This document shows positions 26,330 to 40,309 of a stretch of 64,000 nucleotides of DNA, piece by piece. The translations under genes were made by a program, and so were the position numbers. Source of the stretch: Raja brachyura (taxonomy: Eukaryota). Every line of letters starts with the position of its first letter. The first letter of the stretch is position 1. The notes below the pieces were generated by a model. It had not been told where the DNA came from. It saw only the letters and a program-made list of their open reading frames with translations, and did not search any database. The stretch spans positions 22,878,001-22,942,000 of the forward strand of contig OY740801.1 of the NCBI GenBank assembly GCA_963514005.1, in the 5' to 3' direction.

Positions 26330-29300
26330 CTGTCTCCACACTGCCCCAGTGTCAGTCTCCACACTGCCCCAGTGTCAGTCTCCACACTGCCCCAGTGTCA
26401 GTCTCCACACTGCCCCAGTGTCCGTCTCCACACTGCCCTGGTGTCTCTGTCTCCACACTGCCCCAGTGTCAGTCTCCACACGGCCCAGTGTGTCAGTCTC
26501 CACACTGCCCCAGTGTCTCAGTCTCCACACTGCCCTGGTGTCAGTCTCTACACTGCCCCAGTGCCTGTCTCCACACTGCCCCAGTGTCCGTCTCCACACT
26601 GCCCTGGTGTCTCTGTCCCCACACTGCCCCAGTGTCCGTCTCCACACTGCCCTGGTGTCTCTGTCTCCACACTGCCCCAGTGTGTCAGTCTCCACACTGC
26701 CCCAGTGTCTCAGTCTCCACACTGCCCCAGTGCCTGTCTCCACACTGGCCCAGTGTCCGTCTCCACACTGCCCTGGTGTCTCTGTCCCCACACTGCCCCA
26801 GTGTCAGTCTCCACACTGCCCCAGTGTCAGTCTCCACACTGCCCCAGTGTCTCAGTCTCCACACTGCCCCAGTGCCTGTCTCCACACTGGCCCAGTGTCC
26901 GTCTCCACACTGCCCTGGTGTCTCTGTCCCCACACTGCCCCAGTGTCCGTCTCCACACTGCCCTGGTGTCTCTGTCTCCACACTGCCCCAGTGTCAGTCT
27001 CCACACTGCCCCAGTGTCTCAGTCTCCACACTGCCCCAGTGCCTGTCTCCACACTAGCCCAGTGTCCGTCTCCACACTGCCCTGGTGTCTCTGTCTCCAC
27101 ACTGCCCCAGTGTCTCTGTCACCACGCTGCCCCAGTGCCAGTCTCCACACTGCCCCAGTGTCAGTCTCCACACTGCCCCAGTGTCAGTCTCCACACTGCA
27201 CAGTGTCTCTGTCTCCACACTGCCCCAGTGTCAGTCTCCACACTGCCCCAGTGTCAGTCTCCACTGCCCCAGTGTCTCAGTCTCCACACTGCCCCAGTGT
27301 CTCCACACTGCCCCAGTGTCAGTCTCCACACTGCCCCAGTGCCAGTCTCCACACTGCCCCAGTGTCAGTCTCCACACTGCGCCAGTGTCAGTCTCCACAC
27401 TACCCCAGTGTCAGACTCCACACTGCCCCAGTATCTGTCTCCACACTGCCCCAGTGTCAGTCTCTACACTGCCCCAGTATCTGTCTCCACACTGCCCCAG
27501 TGTGTCAGTCTCCACACTGCCCCAGTGTCTCTGTCTCCACACTGCCCCAGTATCTGTCTCCACACTGCCCGAGTGTCAGCCTCCACACTGCCCCAGTATC
27601 TGTCTCCACACTGCCCCAGTGTCAGTCTCCACACTGCCCCAGTATCTGTCTCCACACTGCCCCAGTGTGTCACTCCACACTGCCCCAGTATCTGTCTCCA
27701 CACTGCCCCAGTGTGTCAGTCTCCACACTGCCCCAGTGTGTCAGTCTCCACACTGCCCCAGTGTCTGTCTCCGCACTGCCCCAGTGTGTCAGTCTCCACA
27801 CTGCCCCAGTGTGTCAGTCTCCACACTGCCCCAGTGTCTGTCTCCACATTGCCCCAGTGTGTCAGTCTCCACACTGCCCCAGTGTCAGTCTCCACACTGC
27901 CCCAGTGCCAGTCTCCACACTGCCCCAGTGTCAGTCTCCACACTGCGCCAGTGTCAGTCTCCACACTACCCCAGTGTCAGACTCCACACTGCCCCAGTAT
28001 CTGTCTCCACACTGCCCCAGTGTCAGTCTCTACACTGCCCCAGTATCTGTCTCCACACTGCCCAAGTGTCAGTCTCCACACTGCCCCAGTATCTGTCTCC
28101 ACACTGCCCCAGTGTGTCAGTCTCCACACTGCCCCAGTGTCTCTGTCTCCACACTGCCCCAGTATCTGTCTCCACACTGCCCCAGTGTCAGACTCCACAC
28201 TGCCCCAGTATCTGTCTCCACACTGCCCGAGTGTCAGTCTCCACACTGCCCCAGTATCTGTCTCCACACTGCCCCAGTGTCAGTCTCCACACTGCCCCAG
28301 TATCTGTCTCCACACTGCCCCAGTGTGTCACTCCACACTGCCCCAGTATCTGTCTCCACACTGCCCCAGTGTGTCAGTCTCCACACTGCCCCAGTGTGTC
28401 AGTCTCCACACTGCCCCAGTGTCTGTCTCCACACTGCCCCAGTGTGTCAGTCTCCACACTGCCCCAGTGTGTCAGTCTCCACACTGCCCCAGTGTCTGTC
28501 TCCACATTGCCCCAGTGTGTCAGTCTCCACACTGCCCCAGTGTCAGTCTCCACATTGCCACAGTCAGTCTCCACACTGCCCCAGTGTCAGTCTCCACACT
28601 GCCCCAGTGTCAGTCTCCACACTGCCCCAGTGTCAGTCTCCACACTGCCCCAGTGTCAGTCTCCACACTGCCCCAGTGTCAGTCTCCACACTGCCCCAGT
28701 GTGTCAGTCTCCACACTGCCCCAGTGTCAGTCTCCACACTGCCCCAGTGTCAGTCTCCACACTGCCCCAGTGTGTCAGTCTCCACACTGCCCCAGTGTCA
28801 GTCTCCACACTGCCCCAGTGTCAGTCTCCACACTGCCCCAGTGTGTCAGTCTCCACGCTGCCCCAGTGTCTCTGTCTCCACGCTGCCCCAGTGTCAGTCT
28901 CCACACTGCCCCAGTGTGTCAGTCTCCACACTGCCCCAGTGTCTCAGTCTCCACACTGCCCCAGTGTCTCTGTCTCCACACTGCCCCAGTGTGTCAGTCT
29001 CCACACTGCCCCAGTGTCTGTCTCCACACTGCCCCAGTGTCTCTGTCTCCACACTGCCCCAGTGTCTGTCCCCACGCTGCCCCAGTGTCAGTCTCCACGC
29101 TGCCCCAGTGTCTCTGTCTCCACGCTGCCCCAGTGCCAGTCTCCACACTGCCCCAGTGTCTCTGCCTCCACACTGCCCCAGTGTCTCAGTCTCCACACTG
29201 CCCCAGTGTCTCAGTCTCCACACTGCCCCAGTGTCTCAGTCTCCACACTGCCCCAGTGTCTCTGCCTCCACACTGCCCCCGTGTCAGTCTCCACACTGCC

Positions 29301-30015
29301 CCAGTGTCAGTCTCCACACTGCCCCAGTGTCTGTCTCCACTGCCCCAGTGTCTCAGTCTCCACACTGCCCCAGTGTCTCTGCCTCCACACTGCCCCAGTG
29401 TCTCAGTCTCCACACTGCCCCAGTGTCTCAGTCTCCACACTGCCCCAGTGTCTCAGTCTCCACACTGCCCCAGTGTCTCAGTCTCCACACTGCCCCAGTG
29501 TCAGTCTCCACACTGCCCCAGTGTCAGTCTCCACACTGCCCCAGTGTCAGTCTCCACACTGCCCCAGTGTCAGTCTCCACACTGCCCCAGTGTCAGTCTC
29601 CACACTGCCCCAGTGTCAGTCTCCACACTGCCCCAGTGTCTCAGTCTCCACACTGCCCCAGTGTCTCAGTCTCCACACTGCCCCAGTGTCTCAGTCTCCA
29701 CACTGCCCCAGTGTCTCAGTCTCCACACTGCCCCAGTGTCAGTCTCCACACTGCCCCAGTGTCAGTCTCCACACTGCCCCAGTGTCAGTCTCCACACTGC
29801 CCCAGTGTCAGTCTCCACACTGCCCCAGTGTCAGTCTCCACACTGCCCCAGTGTCAGTCTCCACACTGCCCCAGTGTCAGTCTCCACACTGCCCCAGTGT
29901 CAGTCTCCACACTGCCCCAGTGTCTCAGTCTCCACACTGCCCCAGTGTCTCAGTCTCCACACTGCCCCAGTGTCAGTCGCCACACTGCCCCAGTGTCAGT
30001 CGCCACACTGCCCCT
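26330..30015. repeat. Satellite, 23/25 bp unit ctgccccagtgtcagtctccaca, ~3.7 kb
   Basis: Directly visible tandem array. It is the source of the 1244/1242/979-aa artefact ORFs. Confidence 0.98.
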
Positions 30016-30779
30016 TCAGACTGATGGGAGTAGGGGGGGAGAGCTGGAACGGTGGTTGTTGTGGGACAAAGCCTGGCAGGTGATAGGTGGATACAGGTGA
30101 GTGGCAATGTGTGGACCAAGGCCAAAGGTGGGAAGGGCTGTCAGATAAGGAATGCGCAGGTGTAAATATATGAATTTATTTATTCCACACACTCAAACCC
30201 GGAGCACATTTTTCTTGGCCTTGCCGTATCGTCGAGTTAATGAGAGCAGAACACTGTGTGCTCTTTAGCAATAAGCCGAATGTTTCGACAGTGGGTCTCG
30301 GTGAAAGTAGATGATTCCCTCAAGCATTTCCCATCAATCTCAATTTCCTGCTGGCCTGAGCTGAAGGCAGCTCCACAGCGTCTCAGTCAACCGACCCTGT
30401 ACAAACAGCGGGAGGCTGCCCCTCACCTGGGAGCCGGGGATAGGCAGGGAGTTCCACAGCCCCGGCCCCTGCACACTGCTATCCTCACGGGGGGGGGGGG
30501 GGGGGGGGGCTCCCTGTGTCCTCCCCCCTCCCCGGGCCGGGCAAGACCAGCACGTGCTGTGAGCAGAACAAACAAGCCAACACAAATACAAACCGCTCCA
30601 ATCCACTTGCGGCTCCGCACCGCCACAACACTGTCGGCCTTGCACGTGGGAGTCTGGATTACCAACAGGGTTGAGGCAGCAGCTTCGGCTGCCCAGTGCT
30701 TGTAGGGTGAACTTAGTCCCAGGAGTGTGAGCAGGCGGTGTGGAGGTGAATGAATGTCTCTGCTGAGGAGGAAGAGTAT

Positions 30780-31030
30780 CCCTGCCCTAAAAATGACACA
30801 GAGTGCTGGAATAATTCAGCAGCTGGATTCAGGTGAAGGTGGTGGTGGTGGTGGTGGTTGGGGGGTGGGGGTTGATAGGCAGATGGCTGGACAACGGCCA
30901 GTGATGAAACGACAACGTGCGGAGAAGGTGCGTGAAACTTGCGCTCCGTTCCCCAAGGCCTGCTGGATCTCCCGGTTACCACACACTTCAACTCCCCTTC
31001 CCATCCCCACACTGCCCTTTCTACCCAAAG
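30780..31030. mobile_element. Penelope fragments joined in inverted orientation
   Basis: A minus-strand end fragment (gacacagagtgctggaataattcagc) is followed by plus-strand LRSVPQGLLDLPVTTHFNSPSHPHTALS (GIY-YIG C-terminal part). Confidence 0.6.
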
Positions 31031-31939
31031 GTCTCCTCCAAATTTTTTTTTGGGGGGGGGAGGGGGAGAAGGGAGAAGTGAATGTGCATCCAGGTGTGAC
31101 ACAAGGAAGAGAGGGGTGGAAATGAGGGGGGCGGTGGAAAAATGGGGGGGGGGGGGGGGGTAATTTGCCTCGACTCCCGTCTCGCTGCTACCATCGGGAA
31201 GAAGGTACGGAAGCCTCCCGGTTCCAGAACAGCTTCTTCCCCGCAACCATCAAGCTTTTGAACACTGCACAACACTATCCACCGCCTCAGCAACTGTGAT
31301 CTTCTATGGAGCAATAAAATGTGGACCTTCCATGGACTGTCTCTGGTTGCACTACAGGCTTCGGTTTGACACTATTATGGTACTCCAGCATTTTGTGTCT
31401 ACCTTCGATTTAAATCCGCATCTGCAGTTCTTTCCTACACATTTTGGCTGCTCCACTGCGAAATCTCCTCAAGGTATGTCTACTTTGAAGAAGTTCCCCT
31501 CCTCTCTCCGACGAGGGTTCAGCAGCATCCTCTGTCACTGCTCCCCCTCTGTGAATCCTCCTTCCCCCCGGCTCTACGACCATGTTGTAACCCAGATGGT
31601 GACCCGGCGTTACGGTTACCAGTGTTGTGGTCATTCATTTATTATGCTATTGATTATTACATAATTATCGGCGTGTAATTGTGTTTACGGGCCTGTAAAG
31701 CTGCAGCAAGTAGGAATTCCATTGTTCCATTGCCGGCACATTTGATAATTAAATACTCTTGGCTCCTGGCTCTGTGAGAGCTCCTGGCATTGACTCCAGT
31801 CTCCAACCCCAGCACCCCAAACCCGTGGCCTCCACCATGGGGGAGCAAGGGAGCAGCCACAGGTGAACACCACCACCTGCAGGTTCCCCTCTTCACTGCG
31901 GGCTTGTCCCTGGCACTCCCAGCTCACACTGCGTTGTGC

Positions 31940-32320
31940 TTTAGCCCCACACTCCTGGTTTTGGTCACCCGCTATGGAGGGGGTAGAGAATTCCCCCTGT
32001 GGGTTTGGTCCTTGGGCCTGGCCAAGATGGCCATTGGTGGGTCCAAACAGCAGGCAGCTGAGCGTTCTGCCCAGGTTGACTGCCTGCCCCTCTTCCGGGT
32101 CTACATTCGTGCCCGCGTGTGTCCCTGGAGAGGGGACTGGAGGACTTTGCCGCCGGGGGGGGGGGGGGTCCAGTGTGTTGGTCGATAAAGGTGACGACAA
32201 TTTAATCTGATAACTGTTTGATTGTTGTTTGTAAACTGTCAATGTTTACAAACATCATTTTGTTATTTTATAATTAATCTGTATTTGTTTTTTAATCGAA
32301 TAAAAGATCTTTGTCAAAAA
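31940..32320 (+). mobile_element. Tx1-clade (L1 group) LINE 3' end
   Basis: FSPTLLV...LGLAKMAI...CLPLFRVYIRARV, then a T-rich 3' UTR, AATAAA and an A tail. Confidence 0.75.
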
Positions 32321-33479
32321 AGCTCGCACAGCGCCGAGGCACGGGCTGCAGCGGTTCGAGGAAGCGGCCCACCCACATCTCATCCAGGGCACTGCATTAG
32401 GTTAAACCAAACCCGAATGCATGGTCAGTAGATACTGGCCCAGATGAGAAGCTAAACTAAGGAGCACGAGAAGGAGACGGGTGTTGAGCACCTCTCGGAG
32501 GCACGGGCTGCCTCTCCCCGGGTACAGCAGGTGAACCCAGGCCATTCGCCCCATCCCAAGCCACAATAACAGCCCACTCTCCCACCACCCAACGTCAGCC
32601 ACTGTCACACAAATCCAATTCCCCCATCCACATCCCTGTGAGCAGCACACTGCCAGCTAGATGCAGACATTAACCAATGCAGTCAAAGTCTTAAAAGTCG
32701 ACAAAACCCACGAAAAGTCATTATCCCAAAATATTCCCTCCAATCAAAGCAATTTTCAAGCAAGGTTCTTTGGAGCCACTGGTCTGAATGTTTAATTGGC
32801 TGCACGGCACAGGGGGCGATTCTGCTGGAATTAGTGTTCCTGCCTATTAACTAATATCTTGCTAATTTGTCTTGAATGGGGTGCGTCACGCTGGTGAACT
32901 TTCAACAATTCACAAACAACGAGCTGGAGGAAGGGCTGGTGGACATTGTACGTTCCTTTAAAAGAAAAACCTCTTCTGGTGCGTTTCTGATTTCACTATA
33001 GTTGAAGGTGAATTAATAAGCTGGCTGGGGAGGGGTGAGGGGGAGGGGAGAGGAAGACGCCCGCCTGATAATGGGCCCCTTTACTGCCCGCGGAGCTCCT
33101 CTAAGCAGCTTTCACCTCCAGCAATAGCAGCGTGCTCTCCAGCTGAACGCCTGGCTCCTGGCTTCTCAAGACGTTCCTTTTACAAAAGTTTTTTTTTTTT
33201 CCCAAGGAAATAAAGAGCATTACTGACAAAAAAAGCAAAGGACAGACTCTAAATGAGCACTGCTTACGGCAGTTACCAATGGCAACGGAAACCAAAGGAG
33301 CAGAATGAGCAGAGTCGTCCCGAGTCTGGCATGAGCGCTTTGTTAGATTTTCAGCACATTCCCAATGCCACTAGCAGGTAACAACGTGAAAACAAAATAT
33401 ATTCCTCACTCCCTCGGAAGCAAAGGGAACCTGCAACGTAGTGCTGCCTGCCCTGGCGAGCGTCACGGTGAAACTGGTG

Positions 33480-33688
33480 GTGAGAGGGAGTGAGAGGGAG
33501 TGTGAGTGAAAGTGGGAGAGTGAGTGGGAGTGGGAGTGAGTGGGAGAGAGAGAGAGAGTGAGTGTGAGAGGGAAAGAGACAGAGTGAAAGAGAGAGAGTG
33601 GGAGAGAGAGTGAGATAGAAAGTGAGAGAGTGAGAATGAATGAGAGAGGAGTGAGAGGGAGTGTGTGGGAGAAGGAGAGAGACAGAGT

Positions 33689-33744
<56 letters not shown>

Positions 33745-33755
33745 GATGCAGAGAG
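33480..33755. repeat. (GA)n/(GAGT)n microsatellite leading into a gap
   Basis: Directly visible. Confidence 0.95.
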
Positions 33756-33888
33756 NNNNNNNNNNNNNNNNNNNNNNNNNNNNNNNNNNNNNNNNNNNNN
33801 NNNNNNNNNNNNNNNNNNNNNNNNNNNNNNNNNNNNNNNNNNNNNNNNNNNNNNNNNNNNNNNNNNNNNNNNNNNNNNNNNNNNNNNN
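33756..33888. other. Assembly gap (N run)
   Basis: 133 N bases. Confidence 1.
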
Positions 33889-36800
33889 TGCCTTCATTGG
33901 TCAGGTGATTGAGTATTCAAGTTGGGAAGTGATGAGGCAGCTTTATCAAACGGGTTAGGCCACATTTGGAGTATAGGGTGCTGTTCTGGTCACCCCATTA
34001 CAGGAAACATAGAAACATAGAAAATAGGTGCAGGAGTAGGCCATTCGGCCCTTCGAGCCTGCACCGCCATTCAATGTGATCATGGCTGATCATCCAACTC
34101 AGTATCCCGTACCTGCCTTCTCTCCATACCCCCTGATCCCTTTAGCCACAAGTGCCACATCTAACGCCCTCTTAAATATAGCAAGAAAGATGTGGTTTTG
34201 GAGAGGGTGCAGAGGAGGTTTACCAGAATTACCTGGTTTAGCTACAGGGGGATAAACAGAATGTGTGGACCAAGTATTTTGACATAGAGTAGTGGGGACC
34301 TGGAACACGCTGCCAGGGATGGTGGTGGAGGCAGATACGACAGTGGCATTCAGATACGATAGTGGCAAAAGCTTCTTAACGTTTAGATAGGCACATGGAT
34401 ATGCAGGGAATGGAGGGGTATGGTTCACGCGCGGGCAATGCAGATTAGTTTACCTTGGCCTTCTGTTCAACAGAGACATTGTGGGCCAAAGGGCCTGTTC
34501 CTGTGCTGCACTGTTCTATGTTCTGTGCCACAGTGCTGTGGGCACGTGCCTTGCGATACACACAGATGTGTTCACAGAGTTCAGCACGCAGCAGCTTGCT
34601 GAGGCAACAGGCAACAGGTGAAGTGCCCAGCACTGGAGCAGCAATGCTTCTTGTCCAGTGCAGGTGACTGCAACTTTGCATGCACCAGCGCAGGGCTAAC
34701 TGAACCCAATCACAATGTTATAAACCTCCATAAACTCACCCCTCAGCCACCTCTGTTGCAGTGAGGACAGATCCAGTCTGTCCAATCTCCCTGTGTAACA
34801 ACAGAAACATAGAAACATCGAAAATAGGTGCAGGAGTAGGCCATTCGGCCCTTCGAGCCTGCGCCACCATTCAATATGATCATGGCTGATCATCCAACAG
34901 TATCCTGTACCTGTCTTCTCGCTATACCCCCTTATCCCTTTAGCCACAAGGGCCACATCTAACTCCCTCTTAAATATAGCCAATGAACTGGCCTCAACTA
35001 CTTTCTGTGGCAGAGAATTCCACAGATTTACCACTCTCTGTGTGAAAAAAATGTTATCATCTTGGTCCTAAAAGACTTCCACCTTATCCTTAAACTGTGA
35101 CCCCTTGTTCTGGACTTCCCCAACATCGGGAACAATCTTCCTGCATCTAGCCTGTCCAACCCCTTAAGAATTTTGAACGTTTCCATAAGATCCCCCCTCA
35201 GTCTTCTACATTCTAGCGAGTACAAGCCCTCCATTCCAGGCACCATCCAGTTAAGTCTCTTTGAACATGGAACAGTATGGCACGAGAAAAGACCCTTTGG
35301 CCCACAATGTCTGTGCTGACCATGATGCCAATTTACAATGCACATAGACCATATCCCTCCACTTTGCCTTTTCATGTGTCGGTCTGATTTCCTCATGATA
35401 GATGTTATCGCATCTGCCTCCACCACCCCCTCTGGCAGCGTGTTCCAGGCCCCCACCACCCTCTGTGTAAAAAACCTGCCCGCACACCTCCTTTATGCTT
35501 TGCCCCTTTAGAATTTCACATTTCTACCCTGGGAAAAAGGTTCTGACTGTCTACCCTATCTATGCCTCTCATAATTGTACATACCATCGGATCTCCCTTC
35601 AGCCTCCGATGCTCCAGAGAAAACATTCCAAGTTTGTCCAGTCTTTACTTATACCCTCTAATCCAAGCAACATCCATGTAAATATCTTCTGCAATCTGCA
35701 CGCAATACTCCAAATGCGGACTAACCAAAGTTTTATCAAGCTGCAACATGTCTTACACTCGAGGCCCTGACCAATGAAGCCAAGCACAATGATATCTATT
35801 TGTGCAGTCACTTTCAGGGAGCTGCGGATGTGGGTGCTGAGGTCGCTCTGTACATCAATGTGCCTGAGGGTCCTCCCATTTACTGTATACCTTCCCTTGA
35901 CCTCCCAAAGTGCAACACCTCTCACTTGTGCAGTTTCAACAACACCTGCCATTTATCTGCCCATATTTCCAACTGGCTACTATCTAAATGGCGTCAAGTT
36001 GGGAAAAGGGGAAGTACAACGGATCTGGGGGTCCTTGTACATCAGTCTATGAAAGTAAGCATGCAGGTACAGCAGGCAGTGAAGAAAGCGAATGGCATGT
36101 TGGCCTTTATAACAAAAGGAATCGAATATAGGAGCAAAGAGGTCCTTCTGCAGTTGTACAGAGCCCTAGTGAGACCACACCTGGAGTATTGTGTGCAGTT
36201 TTGGTCCCCTAATTTGAGGAAGGACATTCTTGCTATTGAGGGAGTGCAGCGCAGGTTTACAAGGTTAATTCCCGGGATGGCGGGACTGTCATATGCTGAG
36301 AGAATGGAGCAGCTGGACTTGTACACGCTGGAGTTTAGAAGGATGAGAGGGTATCTCATTGAAACATATAAGATTGTTAAGGGCTTGGACACACTAGAGG
36401 CAGGAAACATGTTCCCGATGTTGGGGGAGTCCAGAACCAGGGGCCACAGTTTAAGAATAAGGAGTAAGCCATTTAGAACGGAGATGAGGAAACACTTTTT
36501 CTCACAGAAAGTGGTGAGTCTGTGGAATTCTCTGCCTCAGAGGACAGTGGAGGCAGGTTCTCTGGTTGCTTTCAAGAGGGCTCTTATCTAGGGGATATGG
36601 GGAGAAGGCAGGAACGGGGTACTGATTGTGGATGATCAGCCATGATCACATTGAATGGCGGTGCTGGCTTGAAGGGCCGAATGGCCTACTCCAGCACCTA
36701 TTGTCTATTGGTTTACATCCCGCTGTATTCGTTCACAGGCTCGCTCATTATGCACAGCTCCACCTATTTTTGTGCCATGTTGAAACTTATTAATCAACCC

Positions 36801-37070
36801 ACACACATTTTCATCCAAATCATAAACACTCTCTCTATTGGCACCACATCCTTCCTGCAGTGTGGTGAGCAGAACTGTACACAACACTAAGTGTAGTCGA
36901 GACAATGTTTTGTACAGCTGCAAGATGATGGCCCAGATCTTACACTCGGCACCTCTGCCTATGAGAGCGAGCATGCCACTGTCCTTTTCTCCCCCTGTCC
37001 ATCCGTGTGGCCACGCTCAGGGGGCTGCGAGCTGCTTCCCCAGGTCTCTCCATACATCAACGCTTCTAAA
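33889..37070. mobile_element. Nest of CR1 fragments in both orientations (young copies at ~34005-34180 minus and ~34803-35225 minus inside older ones)
   Basis: Repeated agaaacatagaaa tails, RPHLEY-type motifs, and interrupted older copies. Confidence 0.85.
35978..36710 (+). mobile_element. Young 5'-truncated CR1 LINE with an open ORF2 C-terminus
   Basis: DLGVLVHQSMKVSMQVQQAVKKANGMLAFI...VRPHLEYCVQFWSP...LWNSLP, with a ctattgtctattg tail. Confidence 0.92.
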
Positions 37071-37304
37071 GCCAGAGCATCCGCATGATCTCTGGGATTG
37101 AGCAGCCACTTGCCAGATCTTGCCCCATCCCCGCCCCTCTCCTCTCTCCCTCATCTCCATCAGTCCGAAGAAGGGTTCTAACCAAAAATGTCACCTGCCC
37201 ATTCCCTCCACAGATGCTACCCGACCCTCCAGCACATCGTGCTTAGCTTAAGATGCCACATCAGCAGTTCCTCGTGTTTCCGTGTTATTCTGTAACGTCA
37301 TTAC

Positions 37305-37369
37305 CAGGACGGGACTGGGTAGAAGTTGTCCAGTTGCACTCTGATCACCAGATCCTCCACCTTGCTGAC
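37305..37369 (-). CDS. Candidate internal coding exon of an unidentified host gene
   Basis: tgtgttcgcAG|65 nt|GTaatg with an open, protein-like frame VSKVEDLVIRVQLDNFYPVPS(W) in unique sequence. Not recognised. Confidence 0.35.
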
Positions 37370-38577
37370 CTGCGAACACATCGGCCGACCTTCAGTGTGC
37401 TCGGCCTCAGATCCTGGACCTGCCCCGCCCGCCACCCGACAGGGAAGGAGATGGTCACCTCCAGCGGGATATCAATGGTTCATGGTGGCGGCCCAGCCCC
37501 TCACCCACCTCCTCGAGGGCAGCTGGGGATGGGATGTAACGAGGGCTTTCTAACATGCTCAGATCCTCAGGGATTACAGAGTTAATGACATTAAAAAGCA
37601 GCTCTCCCACACACACCAGGGATTTGAAGACTTATCTGGAAAGAGAATGTCAATTTGATGTGGTGTTTTGGAAAATCCGGCACATAACATCAGTGAGCAA
37701 ACAGCTGAGTGCCCAGAGTTTGCACAACCTCGAGGCATCGTCTTTCAGTCCAAAATAACTAAAATGCTTTTATTTTTCTCGCCTTGCCACGGTAGCTCTC
37801 CGACTCTGAAATGGTACACGAGGGTTTAGACATGAAAAACCAAAAATAACTTTTTGGAAGCTGACCGGTTAATGTTGTAAACTTTACCCAACCTGGACGG
37901 GTGTTGATTTGTTAAATTTACTGCTTTCAGATATTCCATTGCTTTCATTGGCAACAGTTTGCTGGTCATGAAAACTTTAAGGTGCCTCAGCTGCGAGCAG
38001 AGTAACTCCCATCCCACGAACAGCAGTTGGGGCAGAGCTCCTCCCGTGGGACCCTCACAGCCCAACAAAACCCCGAACCCTGGTCTGTTGCTCCAGGGCC
38101 CGAGACACCCCTCAGTCCAAATCTGCACACACAGCAAGTGACAGAGCACCAATTGCCTTTTGCCGAGTTCCCGAATGCCATCACCCAGTGTGTTTACTCA
38201 CTTCTCTCCTGAACGCTGCCTTCACATTTCATCCCCGTCATAGAGTCACAGGATCAGACAGCACCGGACACAGGCCCTTCTGCCCAATCGTTCATGCCAG
38301 CCAAGGTGCCACATCTATGTTAGTCCCATTTGCCCAGGTTTGGTCCATACCCCTCTAAACCTTTCCTTTCCATGTACCCGTCTAAACGTCTTAAATGCTG
38401 TTATAATAGTTGCCTCAACTACCTCCTCTGGTAGCTCGTTCCAATTCTCAAGTCACAGCGTTTAATTCAGGAGCGAGATCCTCAGTCATAATGTTACCAT
38501 TGTTTCCGGAATGGGATTTCCCGATGGGACTCACTATGGTCTGATCAAAGCCACAGTTAATGGGATTATCAGAAAAT

Positions 38578-38855
38578 TCCCATCTCCAACTCTCCCCATT
38601 CCCATCTCCAACTCTCCCCATTCCCATCTCCAACTCTCCCCATTCCCATCTCCAACTCTCCCCATTCCCATCTACAACTCTCCCCATTCCCATCTCCAAC
38701 TCTCCCCATTCCCATCTACAACTCTCCCCATTCCCATCTCCAACTCTCCCCATTCCCATCTACAACTCTCCCCATTCCCATCTCCAACTCTCCCCATTCC
38801 CATCTCCAACTCTCCCCATTCCCATCCATAACTCTCCCCATTCCCATCCACAACT
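38578..38855. repeat. Minisatellite, 22 bp unit cccatctccaactctccccatt
   Basis: About 12 tandem copies. Confidence 0.97.
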
Positions 38856-39751
38856 GTGCCAGCTGAGGGTCACTTGAAACCTCTTTCCTTCATTGAGATG
38901 CTCCACCCTAGCCCCTCCCACTTCTTCCCTGACCGTACGTCGTAGCTCCTTCCCACATATTGCTCAGTGACTGTGGTAGGAGGGATGGGACGGCGTGGGA
39001 AGGGTGGGCCTGATGTGGGAGGGGTGGGGGAGGTGTGCGTGAGGGGTGGGAGGTGGGAAGTGTGGGAGGGAGGTGAGAATGGTGAGGGGGTTAAGGGCGG
39101 GAGGGGATGGAGGGAAGGCACAGGCATGGGAGTGGGAGTGATGGGTGGGTGTGGGAGAAGTGCGATGGGGATACAAGGAGTGAGGAATATCTGGGAATGG
39201 TGGGGTGGTGTTGGAGGGGAAGTACTGGAATGGGAAGTGTGGGGCAGGTATGGGAGGGGCGTGATGGGTGATTTGACCAGAGGGGATCTGAAGGTGACCC
39301 ATGTTTACAGACAGTGTGAGCTGCAGCTTTACCCCACGATTAGAACACCTTGTCTCCCTGCGGGAGCAGCGCTCCTGCTCCCAGCGCCAGCTACTACCCA
39401 GTGATGGATCAAAGACAATCCCGAATCCAGCTGCCTTGTGCTGTCCCAGTCCAGGAGGGCGGATCCATTAAAGGATTCTGGTCCATCACACTGGGGACAG
39501 CGCTTAAAGGGGCCACGCCTGCACACAGTGCACGACAGGGCCAGGCTCTCCCAACCATGGTCCCTCCTCTCCCTGGTCCTCTCCTCTACCCTTCTTTACC
39601 CTCTCCTCCTCTTCCCTCACCGGTCCTCTCCCCTACCCCGGCCCTCTACTCCCTTCCACGGTCCTCTCCCCTCCCCTTCCAAAGTCCCCTCCTCTCCAGG
39701 GTGCTCTCCTCCCTTCTTCCTCCTTCACCTCTCATGCGGGGTCTCTTAGGG

Positions 39752-40285
39752 TGGCCCCCCTTTCACTGTGGGCCCTCTCTCACCGTGGCCCCTCTCTCAC
39801 CGTGGGCCCTCTCTCACCGTGGCCCCTCTCTCACCGTGGCCCCTCTCTCACCGTGGCCCCTCTCTCACCGTGGCCCCTCTCTCACCGTGGCCCCTCTCTC
39901 ACCGTGGCCGCTCTCTCACCGTGGGCCCTCTCTCACCGTGGGCCATCTCTCACCGTGGGCCCTCTCTCACCGTGGGCCCTCTCTCACCGTGGGCCCTCTC
40001 TCACCGTGGCCCCTCTCTCACCGTGGGCCCTCTCTCACCGTGGCCCCTCTCTCACCGTGGCCCCTCTCTCACCGTGGCCCCTCTCTCACCGTGGCCCCTC
40101 TCTCACCGTGGGCCATCTCTCACCGTGGGCCCTCTCTCACCGTGGGCCCTCTCTCACCGTGGCCCCTCTCTCACCGTGGCCCCTCTCTCACCGTGGGCCC
40201 TCTCTCACCGTGGCCCCTCTCTCACCGTGGGCCCTCTCTCACCGTGGGCCCTCTCTCACCGTGGGCCCTCTCTCACCGTGGGCCC
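39752..40285. repeat. Minisatellite, 17 bp unit ccctctctcaccgtgg(g/c)
   Basis: About 31 tandem copies. Confidence 0.97.
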
Positions 40286-40309
40286 ATACCTACTGATCTG
40301 AGGAAATTA

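Noticed and set aside
26330-30015. CRISPR-like array (palindromic repeat)
   Set aside because: No unique spacers, no cas genes, and a eukaryotic context.
26349-30100. ORFs of 979-1244 aa resembling Cys/His-rich proteins
   Set aside because: Translations of a 23/25-bp satellite; the same peptides appear in every frame.
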